A stretch of DNA of 64,000 nt, taken from contig OZ316899.1 of assembly GCA_973895155.1 (NCBI GenBank), positions 10,381,135 through 10,445,134 on the forward strand. Reading direction: 5' to 3'. The notes under the pieces are model-generated. The model saw only the letters and a list, made by a program, of their open reading frames with translations. It did no database searches and was not told where the DNA came from. Positions 34,824-47,986 of the stretch are shown here, in pieces. The first letter of the stretch is position 1. The number at the start of each line of letters is the position of its first letter. The stretch comes from Marsupella aquatica (Eukaryota; Plantae; Marchantiophyta). A program made the position numbers and the translations under genes.

Positions 34824-34953
34824 CTACATATGGCCTTTGGCCACATTTTGTATTTGCACCACAACCAATATTATTTCATTTTTGCACACCCCTAGCCCAT
34901 TTTGTGTGTGTTCTCTTTGCAATATAACTTTCAATTGTTTGCTTTGTTTTTAG

Positions 34954-37900
34954 AATGTGCGACCCTCTCCAAATATGTTACCACAGAGATTGAGAGCAAC
35001 ATATTGAGAAATGGGTATGCCAGAAGAAGGACATGGATCAGAGTCACACTCCTCATCAAGTGCTAGTGGAAGCACTAACCCTGATGAAGAGGTACCTCGA
35101 ACGGATGAACAAGTAACTGATGAACAGGATAGAGCCATGGATGACTTTATGGTTGATTGGTTTGGTGCCGACAACCCTGGTGATGACCTTCCCAATGAAG
35201 GGCAGGTGCCCCCAATGATCCACGCCCAAGACATACCCCTCAGGGACAACGCCAAGGGGAAGAAGCAGAGGAACATACCCAAACACCTATCTATGAGGGT
35301 GCTCGTTTGAGTTGTCTTTAAGCCATCTTGGGGTTGATGAACCTACAGGCCAAACACAAGGCAAGCAATGCCTTGTTATCTGATATGTTTGCCTTATGTT
35401 ACCCACTGAGAATGTGTTGCCAGCAACTTGGAAGGAGGCAAAGAGTGTTCTCTCATCTATTGGCATGGAATATCATATTGTTCATGCATGTTTGAATGAT
35501 TGCATGTTATTTCATGGGGCCAATGCAAACATGACACAATGTACAACATGTGATGAACCTCGCTATGACGCCAACATGCTAACAAAGAAGGTGCCAAGGA
35601 AGGCTGTTCGTTGGTTTCCCATCATTCCTCGGTTGTTGCACATGTATCGGTGTTCTGACTTGGCAGAGTTGATGGTATGGCATAAGACTCATCGATCAGA
35701 GTCTGGTGTCATGCGGTTGCCAGTTGACTCCCCTGCTCACAAACATATTGAGGCAACATGGCCAGACTTTGCACATGATCCTCGTCATGTGAGGCTAGGA
35801 TTGGCATCTGATGGAGTTAGCCCTCATTCACTTGGAGGAAAGGGGCAACCTACATCAGTTTGGCCTGTGGTTGTCATGAATTATATCCTCCCACCATGGC
35901 TATCCATGAAGAAGGGGTTCCTTTTATTGTCTTTGATTATCCCAGGTCCAAAAAAGGTGAAGAACTTTGACACTTGGCACTATTGGTTGGAGAACTTAAA
36001 AAATTATGGGATGGAGTGTGGGCATATGATGGCAGGAAAATTACAAGAGGTTTTCCACGTGTCTTTCAATTGAGAGGGATCATTTGTTGGACAATGCATG
36101 ACTATCCTGGTAAGATGACTTCCATGCCATTTGCAACCCTTCAATAATGTGCAGTTCCTATTGTTGTTTCTCATGTGACAATCCTAACATAAAGTTTGCA
36201 TGGTTTGATTTCTTTTGTGTAAGTAGGGTTTGGTTTTGTCTCTGGATTGCAAACTGAGGGGTACAAAGCTTGCTTTACTTGTGGCCAAGCTTAGAGGACA
36301 TGGCCACATATTGTTTATATTGGGCATACAAAGTTTCTTCCCATGGGGCATGAGATGAGGTTTGACCCACTTCTATTCTCCTCCTTTGACATGCCATTTG
36401 GTGATGAGCGTGAAATTCCTAATGCAACAAGTTTTGCACATTGGAAGTCACTAGCTGATAGGGTAGCAGACCAAATGATTCCTTCACCTTTGATAGGACA
36501 GGTTTGACCAGGTGGGGTATACTAGCCACTTTGCCCTATTGGTCTGAGTTGAAGATCCGCCATCTCTTAGACCCCATGCACATAGAGGGAAATGTGAGGA
36601 AGGCTTTGATAAAGCATTTTTATGGGGAGAATGACACTAATTTTAGGGAGGCATGCGAGGAGATGGAAATGCGTCCAGATGTTTGGGTGACAACTGATCC
36701 TATCACAGGTGTGGAGAATTGTCCTTTTGCTCCTTGGGTGTTGAGTGTTGGCAAAAGACGTGAATTTTGGAACCGTATAGGAAAGATGCGGTTTCCTACA
36801 GGCTATGGTGCAAACCTTCGGAAAGCTTTTGGGATGAAAGACAATCACAAGTGGCCATGATATCTGAAGACACATGACTATCATTGCCTATTGCAGCATA
36901 TATTGCCAGTGGCAATTATAGGTATAGAGAGTGAAGAAGTGCAAGATGCCATCTGGTCATTGGGTTGTTTGTTGAGATGGATATGCTCAAAGGAGATATA
37001 TGTAGAAGAGATCCCTAGGATGGAGGTATTGGCAACTGAGGTGGTATGCAAGTTGGAGAAAGCCCTTCCTCCTTCCTTCTTTGATTGTCAGGTTCATTTA
37101 CTTGTGCATCTTGTGCGGGAGGTTGTCATTGCTGGTCCAGTGCATTGCAGATGGATGTATTGGCTTGAGCATTACATGGCGGTGTTGAAGGCTTATGTAC
37201 GTAACCTGCACGGTGGAGGGAAGCATAGCTACAGGATACTTGACAGCAGAGAGTATGTTTTATTGTAGTAACATCTTGGCCACCATTGATCCTACTTGTC
37301 CACGTACTTGGATGGAGGAAAGAGAAGAGGAGGAGGACCGTTTAACAGGTGCCACAAAAACACGCATGTTGACATCAACAGAGTGGTCACAGTTGACAAC
37401 ATTTATGTTGAGTAATAGTAATATCATGGAGAAATGGAGAGAGTTTTATGAAAATGCCAAGAGAACAAGTCAAAGAGCAAGAATTTTTCCTAAGATGCAT
37501 GAGTATATGAAGCAAAAGTTGCTTGAGTTGGATGACATGGTGACACAAGGAGGAGATGTGTCCCACTTTCCTACCATCATAGATGACGTTTGGACCATTG
37601 TTCATGGCCCTTTGAGAGTGGTGACATCCAAGACGGCTATGTGGACACAAGGGAGACACTTCAGGTCCACTAGTACCTAACCTTTCTTCCTCTATTAATT
37701 CACGTAGACCTTATTTTGATTAGTTATTTCTATTGTTTAAAAACGTTCTATTATCATTAATGACATCCATAACTATAATGTTGGCTTCTATATTTATGCC
37801 ATAGGCCATGTGGGTTTTGGCTATTTAGGGATGGGTTTCATATTTTGATGATTATTACATTAATGGTATCTTTTGTGTAATTAAAATTTGTGGGTTTTGT

Positions 37901-38390
37901 TAATTTCAGGGTTTCTTCCCTTGATGAGAAGAGGGGTTGTACTTTTGATTGTGGAGTTCAAGGGGAATTTTCTCAAGACTCCATAAGTAGTCGCCATGAT
38001 AGGAACATTGTTAGAGATGTTGTACCACACTATGGGAAGATAGAGGAGATCTTGGTGGTATCATATGACAACCATTCAAAGTTTGAAGAATATGTCTTCA
38101 AGTGCAAGTGGTTCAAGTGAACCTTGTTGGTCAAAATTGCACTGTACTTCAAGATGAGAGTGGGTTTACATGGTTGAAGACTAGTGTTCAAGCATCTCAT
38201 TGGCAAAACATCAGAACCATTTGCTTTCCCATCACACTTGGAGCAATGTTTCTACATTCCATACCCCTTAGACACCGAGTGGTCAATTGTCATCACCTAT
38301 GTGCCACGTTCTCGTTCCATTGTTTCTGAGAAGCCAAATGTTATTGTATCAGACCTAGATGACCTTGAGGCCGATGAGGACCAAGTGTGA
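34954..38390 (+). pseudogene. CACTA TnpD-like transposase
   Basis: HACLNDCMLF, RLGLASDG...SVWPVVVMNYILPPWL, RHLLDPMHIEGNV, LPPSFFDCQVHLLVHL, FKCKW; introns, stops and frameshifts. Confidence 0.92.
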
Positions 38391-39255
38391 GGGACATATT
38401 TATATGCACTTGGGTCCAACCTAGACATTTGTTCATGTTATATTTGATTTGTTCATGTTTGGTGATATAAAAAAAAGTATTATCTATATTTATATTTGCC
38501 ATTCACTTTTGAATGAGTCATACTCATAACATATGTATTGTATTGTTTTATTGTGATCACTTGTGAATTTTACATGCAACTTTCTATCTAACCTCTGTTG
38601 CTCAATATAACTTTATTTCCTACTTATTCCATAATTTTCATTGTCACCCTTGTGTTTCCCTCCTCCGTGGTACGTCTATCCCTCCTCCTCCCTTCCTCTT
38701 TCTCCTCCCTCCTTCCTCTTCCATTGTACTCCCTCCCTTTTCCATCCTTCATTGTACCTCCCTCCATCCTCCCTCCTGCCCCATCCATATATTGGACCAT
38801 CCACCCTCTTCATTGTCTCACCTCACAATAATCTTAATTTTTAGTTTGCAAACAATTTGCAAAGCTCACAAAATCTCACAGGACTCGCAATTTCTATGAG
38901 GCTTCTCATTTCTCAATATTTCCATACTATACTATTCGCAAACTTGTGATGCAAAATCAATCACAAATTTCATATTCTCACCGTTTTGCAAATCTTCCAT
39001 CCTCCGACATTCTTAAACTTGTCAAACAACTACTATCGCAAAACATTTCAATCCAACCTTCTTTGCAAATATTTACATCAGTTAGTTTCGGAGTCGGCGA
39101 GCAATTTTGGCATCTTCAGAAGGCGCCTTTCCATTTGGCGCGTCTCGGTAAAACTTGCAAAATCACTTACTTTGCAATGTATTAGCGATATAATGCGCTT
39201 CAAGTACTATCTTTGCGATAGGGATAGAATTGCAAATTGCGATGCGGGTTGATTC

Positions 39256-39583
39256 TGTCACACCATTCTAGGTAGTGTTAGAGTGTATCATACTATCTAG
39301 ATCCGTATGTTTGGTATGTGTGCTATATGAGCCGATAAGGTTCCGTCAGGTTTGTGTGAGAGAGTACTTCTCACTTGTGAGGCACTGAAAGGTCATCTTT
39401 CAATGTTGAGCCTTGGAGAGAGAGGAGCTTGAGTGGCTATGGTGGCTGTGAGCTCCGCTTGTGTAACGTTGATTCCTTGAGTAGTGCAAGGTGCGTTGGC
39501 TTGACATACGTGTGTGATCGGATCGGTGCGGGATTGATGGGGTATTGTTGACCGGGATCGTTGTGCCGATTGTATTGAGATTA
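39256..39583 (+). repeat. Split direct repeat A1 of element D (328 bp)
   Basis: Matches 48441-48768 with about six substitutions by eye. Confidence 0.95.
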
Positions 39584-42500
39584 CATTGAAAGATCGCTCG
39601 AACTCTGCTGCTGTACGGACAGAGCTTCGATTGGAGGTTGTGTATTGGCGACGGTTTGTGGTAGTTCGAATCGATCGTGTTGTGTTGATTCGGATCTTAT
39701 TGTTGATATTGTGTTGGAAGATCTATTCTGCCAGGGAGCTATTGTTTAAGCTTTCGACAGTTCCCGAAGGGCTCTGAGATGTGTTGATCGAAGGGCTGAT
39801 TGACAGTAGAGGGATCTATGCCCGTGTTTGTAGATCTGTTGGACAGGGTCCGGACGGTGTAGTCGACCTTGATGCGATCTGTCCCGAGTTGCAATCTGTG
39901 ACAATAGCGATCGGATTTGATAAGGCCGGCTGTGGCACTACTGTTTTGATGAAGGAAACGGAGATCAAACTTTGAATGCTGCGTTTTGCGTCACTACTGT
40001 TTCCATTCGATCATGTGTATGTTGCCGTCGCCAAGCTGCGATTTTGCGTGAAGGGAACCGGCAGCCACAAAGTCAATGTTTTGTGAGGGAAATTGAGTCT
40101 GGATGTTGTGAGATTGAACTGCTATGTTTCCGTCGGACTGCTACTGCAATCTGATTCCGCGAAGGGAACCGAGAGGCAGAAGCTGGATGTTGCCGAATCC
40201 GAAACTCGATGGGCAGAACCTGAATGTTGCCGAATCCGAAATTAACTCGATCCGGCGTAGCGAAGCGTTGCGGGCATGAAGGGCTCACTCTTTGGCTCAT
40301 CTCGGCATTGCGGGCGTGAAGGGCTCATCTAGGCTTTGAGGCTTTGAGGCAACTCGTGGTTACTCGGGACGAGGGGCGTGAGGGCGGAGCAGGAGCGGGC
40401 CAACAAGCCAGCTTGCTGGTACGTGAGGAGTAGTTGCAAGTGCTGCCATTTTGGAGTGGCAGATTTGGTGCATAATGACAAGTGAGAGGTCACCCATCCC
40501 AAAGCTATTCCTCCTCTCATGCGCTTAACTAGCAAGTTTCTATGTGGTGCATTGTACATGCTTCCTTCCACATTTGATGTCCAAGGAATGAGGCCCTCGG
40601 GGTTTTATGCACTTTTGAATTCATCGAGATACTCTGTTTTAGCTAGTTTGCGATGGATTCTTGAATATTTGACGCGGGATTCTTGAGGCCTATTATGAAG
40701 GCCCTACATTGAACTATATACACATTATTTACATGTATTTCTGATTGATTGGTGTGGAGAGTTGTGGTAAATCCTCTTCTTGTTGTTGGATCCTCTCCAC
40801 ACATGCTTCCTGTTTATGCGCCATGTTAGTTTGGCGTGGGCGCTTGATTCTATAGGAGTGATCCGGGTTTGCAACCGGACATTCTAGTTGTGCTACGTAT
40901 TTCTCTCCTGGTGATGTTGGAGTGATGCCCAACACACCATGGTGAGTGCTTGTGTTGTTGACAGGGACAGATTGCCCTTAGGGTTAGCCTATAGATTAGG
41001 TTAGGTTGGTCACCACGGATTCTTCTGGCGCTGCTGGGTTACCCGATGGACGACGGACCGGTTTCACTCGGAATGGGGTGCAGTTTTGGCCAGCGACAGT
41101 GGTAGCAGTCAGCAGCACAGCTTCAGACAACGATTCTGACGAGGACTCTATGAGCAGTTCTCCTCGTCATCAGGTGATTGCACCTTTGTTGTGGGATATG
41201 GAAGAGATGTACGGGGCTACAAAGGGCCCACGACGATACTCTGGTGCAGTTGGCACGATTGATCTGGATGACTTCATCCAGGAGTTTGATACGTGGTGCA
41301 ATATGCAGACATTGCGTAACGCCACGTTGTTTACCCCTTTCATGGCATGGAAGGGATTATTTCAGCATTTGGAGGGGCCACCCATGGATGACTACCATGA
41401 GTTTTGGAAGGCTCATTTGGTTGAGATTGAGGCATGGAGGCAGCATTGGTCGCCTAATTACGTGTCCATCACCTATGGCACTAGTGCGGCTGCCCAACCC
41501 ATTGCCACAGCTGCTGCTGCTTCTTCTAGCAGCACTAGCCAGAGTGGCACACCATCCACCAGCAGCACTCCACCAGCATCCACCGCTACTCCTGCCGGTG
41601 TGATTGTGACAGGAACTGGAGTTGCGCCAGCATTTAACCCTGTGGTGGAATTCTTTGAGGTACTGAAGCAAAACTATCAGGGTGTGAGAACTGATAAGTT
41701 GAAGGGTCTTCAGGAGTTCCAACGCAAGACTGGAGAGAGCCTACGTGAGGCATACACACGTATGCGCAGATTGATCACTGTCACCAAGGGAGTGACAGAG
41801 GCTCAGGCAGTCTAGTTTTGGTATGCAATTCTGGACAGAGAATTGCGACGCAGAGTGAGAGATGTCACTCTGATTAGGGATGCAGATCCCACATTAGCAG
41901 TTGTTTTCACCCTTTCTGAGCGCATTGAGCTCAATATGGTGAATGAGAAGGTGGTGACTTCTGGATTTGCCAAGGAAGCACCAAAGGCTGCATCTACATC
42001 CACACCATAGCCTACTGCACGGAAGAGCCAGAGGGAGAAGCCTACTGCACGAGAGTCTACCAGCCAAAGACCTGTGCCCTCTTATGCTGGACAGCAGTGA
42101 GGATGTTGGACCTGTGGTGGGGATCATGCACAGAGATATTGTCCAGATCATAGAGGATCAGGGGGAGCATCAGCGCCTGATCAGCGACAGTGTGATCACT
42201 GTGGAGCTCCTGGACACACCAAGGATAGGTTTTTCTCACTCCACCCTGAGTTACGGAGAGGAGGATCCCGTACACATGATTAGGGAAGAGGAGGAGGAGG
42301 TAGAGGTGGTGGACGTGGTCGTGGCATGCCACATGCAGGGAGACAGGGAGGTGACGCTGCCCCTACTGTAACCATAGATCCAAAGGATGCTAAGATTGCT
42401 CAATTGGAGCAACAACTAGCTGCCATGGCTAGTTCCCAGGTGAGACCTAATTCTGGTGATGGGGCATCTACATCCTATGGACCTTCCACATCCCATGATC

Positions 42501-43864
42501 CTTCCACATCTTATGGAGCTGATGGAGACCTTGCCACCATGGGATTCATGTGTGGCACTGCACATATTGATGCATCAGCAGCTTTGACACGTGGGGCAGC
42601 CAAAGCTCTTGAGCCCCGAGGAGCAGTAGTGGAGCTAGATCCACAGAGGGGGGATGCACGTCGGCAGACAAAGCTTCCTCAGTCTTTTACATTGTCAGAG
42701 ACAGTTCAGACTGCCTCTATAAACCCGGTTCGGACAAACCCTGGCGTGGGTAAGTTGGCAGAATCAGGTAGTGATGCAGCAGGGATGACAGGTACCCTGC
42801 TGGGGGCGGCTACTACCATGGTACGCACCCCATTATTTTCAGCGACAGACATTCTGAACTTGGGAGTTGGTCCTGCAGAAGTGTTCAGATTGGCAGCTAC
42901 ACTCTGTGAGGACACTCCACTGGTTGCTTCCCATGCAGAAGCAACTTGCAGTGTTGATGTAGTGAAGACCATGCCACCTACTGCTACTAGTGAGACATGG
43001 CATGCAGCAACAGCGAGGTTGGTGGATTTACCAGCACGCCCTGCATTTGAGAGGACTAGGTTTAAACCTAGTGTTGTGTCATTGGATAATCGGAGTGGTA
43101 TCTTCTGATTAGGTGGGCCTTCTGGAGCAGTATACCAGCCAGAGAGAGTGTTACTGGATACTGGTGCTCAACCCTTGATGTTGGGGAAGTCTGCCATACG
43201 TGGATTGGGATTGCGTCCAGAGGATTTGGAGGATTGTCCCTTTCCCATTTAGACTTCATTGGGGGGACCTACACCTACACAGCATATCACCAGGAGACCA
43301 CTTGATTTGAGGATTCAGGAAGGTCATACCACATATAGCTCACAGATACAGGCGCGAGCTATTCTGACTAAGGCAGAGTCATATGATGTGTTGGTGGGAT
43401 GTACAGTGCTCTACCCCATGGGATTTATTCTTGATTTTTGGGAGGAATCAGTGTCATATAGACCTGATTGGCAGTCAGGAGATGCTCGATTGAGAAAATT
43501 GCCAGTGAGATTTAGTGGACCTGTGGGAGGCCCTAAATCCACACCATTGTCTTTGGCAGCATTCAGTGGTGTAATTGCTGGACCTGATGATTTGATTGAG
43601 GGTAATGCGCATGCAGCCGATGTTCCACCATTGGAGGAGTCTCATGAGGAGCACATCATGCGAGGATTACCTGTTGGCAGTGTTGTGCCACCAATGTGGG
43701 GCACTGCACAGGCCTTGCCACAGGCAGCAGCACGATTGGTACATGATGCACGGCGTCATGCTTTTACACCACAGTCAGGAGCAGAGCAGTCTCTTGCAGA
43801 TGGACCTGTGACTCTTTCACCATTGGATACCACTCCTATTGCTTGGCAATATCCACCGAAGGGT

Positions 43865-44806
43865 ATTTGTTTGTTGGATCTTTTTGGTGGGATTAGCACT
43901 GGATTGGCTGTTGTTCTTCAGGCAGGAATTCCTGTGCGTTGTTATTTGTATGTGGAGACAGATGAGACAACACGGAGGGTCTCATTGCGACATGTGGCTA
44001 TGTTGGTGGATAGATATCCACAGTTGCTGCCAGTGGATGCTGTTCGTGGTTATCAGCATGCACTACCTGCTGATATTTCATTGTTGGGGGCGGATCATCT
44101 ACATCGTGTTGGCCCCATTGATTTGGTGATTGCTGGTTGGCCATGTCAGGGCCAATCTAGAGCTGGCATTGGGCATGGACTTCATGATCCACGCTCTGCA
44201 TTGTTTTGGGAGATGTTACGGGTGCTGCATCATCTCCAGCTACATCAGACACAGTCTCCAGCATACATTTTGGAGAATGTGTCATTGTTAGGTGATGATC
44301 GTAGTCGGATTGTTGCCAGTGTTCACCAGGTGAGGTCTTGGATTGGACCTGCTGTGTTATTGGATGCTGCACGTGTGGGTTCTCGTGCACGTCGTCCACG
44401 CTTGTGGTGGACTAATTTGATCCCATGTGAGGTGCTGAAGCGCGCATTTGACAGCATTCCACGCTCACCAGCCTTAGTGGTGGATGATATTTTGGATCCA
44501 GGGCGTCGTGCACAGGGTGTGACCCAACCTGATAGACCTCCATTGGCAATGGTCAATGCAGTTGGGCGCCCACGTTGTGCATTACCCACTCTTGTAAGCC
44601 ACTCTACTTCATATGCATTCAGAGCAGGTGGCCCTGGACTTGTGTGGGACATAGCTCTCCAGCAGTTAGTGGAGCCTACTGCTGATGAGAGAGAGCGTGC
44701 TATGGGATTTTTGACTGGCACCACTGCAGTTGCCTCTGTGTTAGAGGGTTTGTGGCGCCAGGTTCTTGGTCAAGCAATGGACTTGAATTGTTTGACTTGG
44801 ATTATC
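43865..44806 (+). CDS. C5 DNA cytosine methyltransferase domain (DNMT3-like) within the polyprotein
   Basis: Motif I LLDLFGGISTG, II YVETD, IV DLVIAGWPCQGQSRAG, VI YILENV, VIII RARRPRLWWTN, IX ERERAMGF, X RQVLGQAM; no stop inside the domain. Confidence 0.93.
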
Positions 44807-47800
44807 AGCTTGGGAGTAGCTGAATAGTTGCGGATGCGCTCTGCTGGAATTACTGATTGTCCCTTGGTGAGCTTGCGGTCCACTGAGACAGTATTGACCA
44901 CAACTGGGGGCGAGCAGACAGTCAATGGACCTATGGCAGGATTGGCCAAGGCTGGACAGATTGTTGAGCAGGAAGGGACTGCTCAATCTACTGCTAAATA
45001 GCAATCATCGGCTATCTCTTCTACCCTACAAAGAGATATTAGGGATTTGGTGGAGAGTTGGGAACCACAGCTTGGCCCTAAGTTAACAGGGGAGGAGAGA
45101 CGTCGCATGCATCGATTCCTGAAGAGTTATTGGAATTGTTTTGCATTCAGCATGAAGAATTTGGGGACATTGAAGGGCCCTGGTATTCAGATTGAATTGG
45201 CTAGTGATGCGCCAATCTTTCGTAGACCATACCGCTATAGTGACATGGAGAGAGCTCTGATTCAAAGCATAACTCAAGATTTGTTGGAGGCTGGATTGGT
45301 GGAGATTTCATATGGGGAGTATGCATCTGCCACAGTGATGCCAGCCAAGAAGGATGTGCATGGCAATTACACAGATAGGCGCATGTGTGGTGATTACAGA
45401 CCTATTAATCGCCAGACAAAATCTGATCGATATGCCATGCCCACACCTGAGGAGATCTTTGATGCTGTGGGGCATGCAAAGGTTTTGAGTTCATTGGATC
45501 TGAGGGCAGGATACCATCAGCTTCCAATTAGGCATGCTGACAGGTCCAAGACAGCATTCTGGGGGATTGATTCTTATGGCAAAGATCGTTTGTATCAATG
45601 GTTATTCTTACCATTTGGGTTGAAGAATGCACCAGTTGAGTTCCAGAGAGTCATGGATCGAATCCTTGCAGGTTTGGATTTTGTCAGATCTTATATTGAT
45701 GATATTTTGGTCTATTCTTCTACTGTGGAAGAACATCAGCAGCACTTGCAGATTGTGTTGGAGAGATTGAGAGCACATGGGTTGAAGCTCCATCCTGGCA
45801 AGTGTAAGTTCTTCCAAGACCAGATTGAGTATTTGGGCCACACTATATACCCAGGGGGATTGGGTGTACAGCAGACTAAAGTGGAGGCCATTACACAGAT
45901 TCCTCATCCTACTGATGTGAGCAGAGTTCGTGCATTCTTGGGATTGGCGAGCTACTATAGGAGGTATGTTAAAGGATTTAGCCAGCTTGCTAAACCTTTA
46001 ACAATACTCACTAAGTTGGATCAGAAATGGACTTGGGGTGATGACCAAGAGCATGCCTTTCAGGAGTTGAAGCAAAGGTTGGCATCATCCCCTATTTTGA
46101 GAAGACCCATTTCAGGCAGACCATTTCAGCTACACACTGATTGGAGTGGAGTAGGACTTGGAGCAGTGCTGACTCAGAAGGATGATGAGGGGAATGAGTT
46201 TGTTGTGGCTTATGCCAGTAGATCAAACAATGCAGCAGAGGCTAAGTATAGCTCTTATGAGGGAGAGTGTTTGGCAGCAGTGTGGGCTGTTGCACACTTT
46301 CGTTGCTACTTGTTTGATAACCCCTTTACCTTGATCACTGATCATCAGCCTCTTAAGTGGTTAATGGAGTCTGACAAGCTTACAGGGAAGCTTGCACGAT
46401 GGGCATTGTTGTTACAGGAGTATGATTTCCAGGTGGTGCATAGGCCTGGAAAAGTGAACTTGGATGCAGATGGATTAAGCCGCAATCCATGTACCAGTCA
46501 GCAAGATGAGACTGGATCTAGATGGCATGATGAGTCAGATAAGGAGATGGTGCCAGGATGGCATGCATCTGCCTTTCTTTGTTGGGTGCCAACATACAGT
46601 GGATTTGTGGACTCTACCTCATTGGATGGAGTGGATGATGAGTCTTCAGATGTGGATGTTGGTGAGGTAACTTCTGGACAACAAGATATTCACAATGATG
46701 TGAGAGTGTTGGAATATCTGCGCAGTGGTTCTATTGTTGACAGTGTTGATGCCAAGGAACGTGACAGGGTTCTACAGAGAGCCAAGAGATTTCGATGGGA
46801 GGGAAACCATCTTTTGAGAGTACTGCATGATGGTAGGATGTTGGTGGTACCAAAACCATCACAACGAGTACATTTGGTGTGACATGCGCACGAGGAGTTG
46901 GGTCACTTTGGTGTGAAGCGCACTTACAGCTTGCTGCAGACACAGTATTGGTGGCGTGGTATGCACACTCATGTCCAACAGTTGATAGCTAAGTGTGTGG
47001 TATGTGATAGAGTGAGAGCATCATTTAATGCTCCCACTCCCCAGTTGCACCCGTTGCCGATCATGGGTTTGGGATATCGTTGGAGTTTGGATTTTGCTGG
47101 TCCATTACCTCTTACCCAACGTCATAATCAGTATGTTTTGGTCATGGTGGAGCACTTCTCCAAGTGGATTGAGCTAGTGGTGTTGCCAGATAAAGCCAGT
47201 GGAGGAGTTGCTGCTACATTTTTGGATCGTGTACTCAGTCATTTTGGAGCACCAGCTGAGGTGTTGACTGATCAGGGAACTGAGTTCCGTGGAGAGTTTG
47301 AGAGTTTGTGTGAACAAGCTCTGATTGATCATCGTACTACCTCTCGTGATCATCCTGAGGCAGATGGATTAGCTGAGAGAGTTGTGCAAACTGTGAAGAG
47401 AGGATTGCGTAAGTATGGCTTGCAGGTTGGTCATCTGGGAGATTGGGATCTCCAGCTACCTTGGTTAGCTATGGGCTACCGTTTCAGTCGGCAAGCATCA
47501 CTTGCATCCTTCTCACCTTACTTTTTGCTCTATGGTAGAGAGCCAGATTTGCCAACAGCTATTCGTCGTGATGCTGCATCAGTTGTGAACTTAGATGATC
47601 CTGATGTTTGGGTCAAGGTGTGTTCAGAGAGAGCACGGGTATTTCAGCGAGTGATGCCCATGGCTTTTGACAACCTTGCCATTGCCCAACATCGTGATAC
47701 TTTGAGGTATGCCACTATTCGTGGAGGAGGTTACCGTGCAAGCATTCGACGATTTCATCCTGGTGATTATGTTTATTTGCAGCAGACAGCACCCACCACA

Positions 47801-47986
47801 CTTGATGTGACCGCAGGCCGGACAATCTTATGTGTGCGTGAAGTGTTGCCTTCTGGTGTCCTGATGTTGGAGGGACGCGATGGTATGGTTTGGAAGGATC
47901 ATGTGCGCAACTGTGCACCATGTCACCTTCCCAACATTGATGGTACAGTAGATCCAAGCTTGGCACATGTTCATGCTGGCTTGAAA

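Noticed and set aside
38640-38830. Pyrimidine-rich tract with short ORFs
   Set aside because: Low-complexity non-coding sequence in the CACTA 3' region.
43259-44827. Methyltransferase read as bacterial contamination or a restriction-modification gene
   Set aside because: It is in frame within a retrotransposon polyprotein inside a TSD-bounded element, and there is no cognate nuclease.
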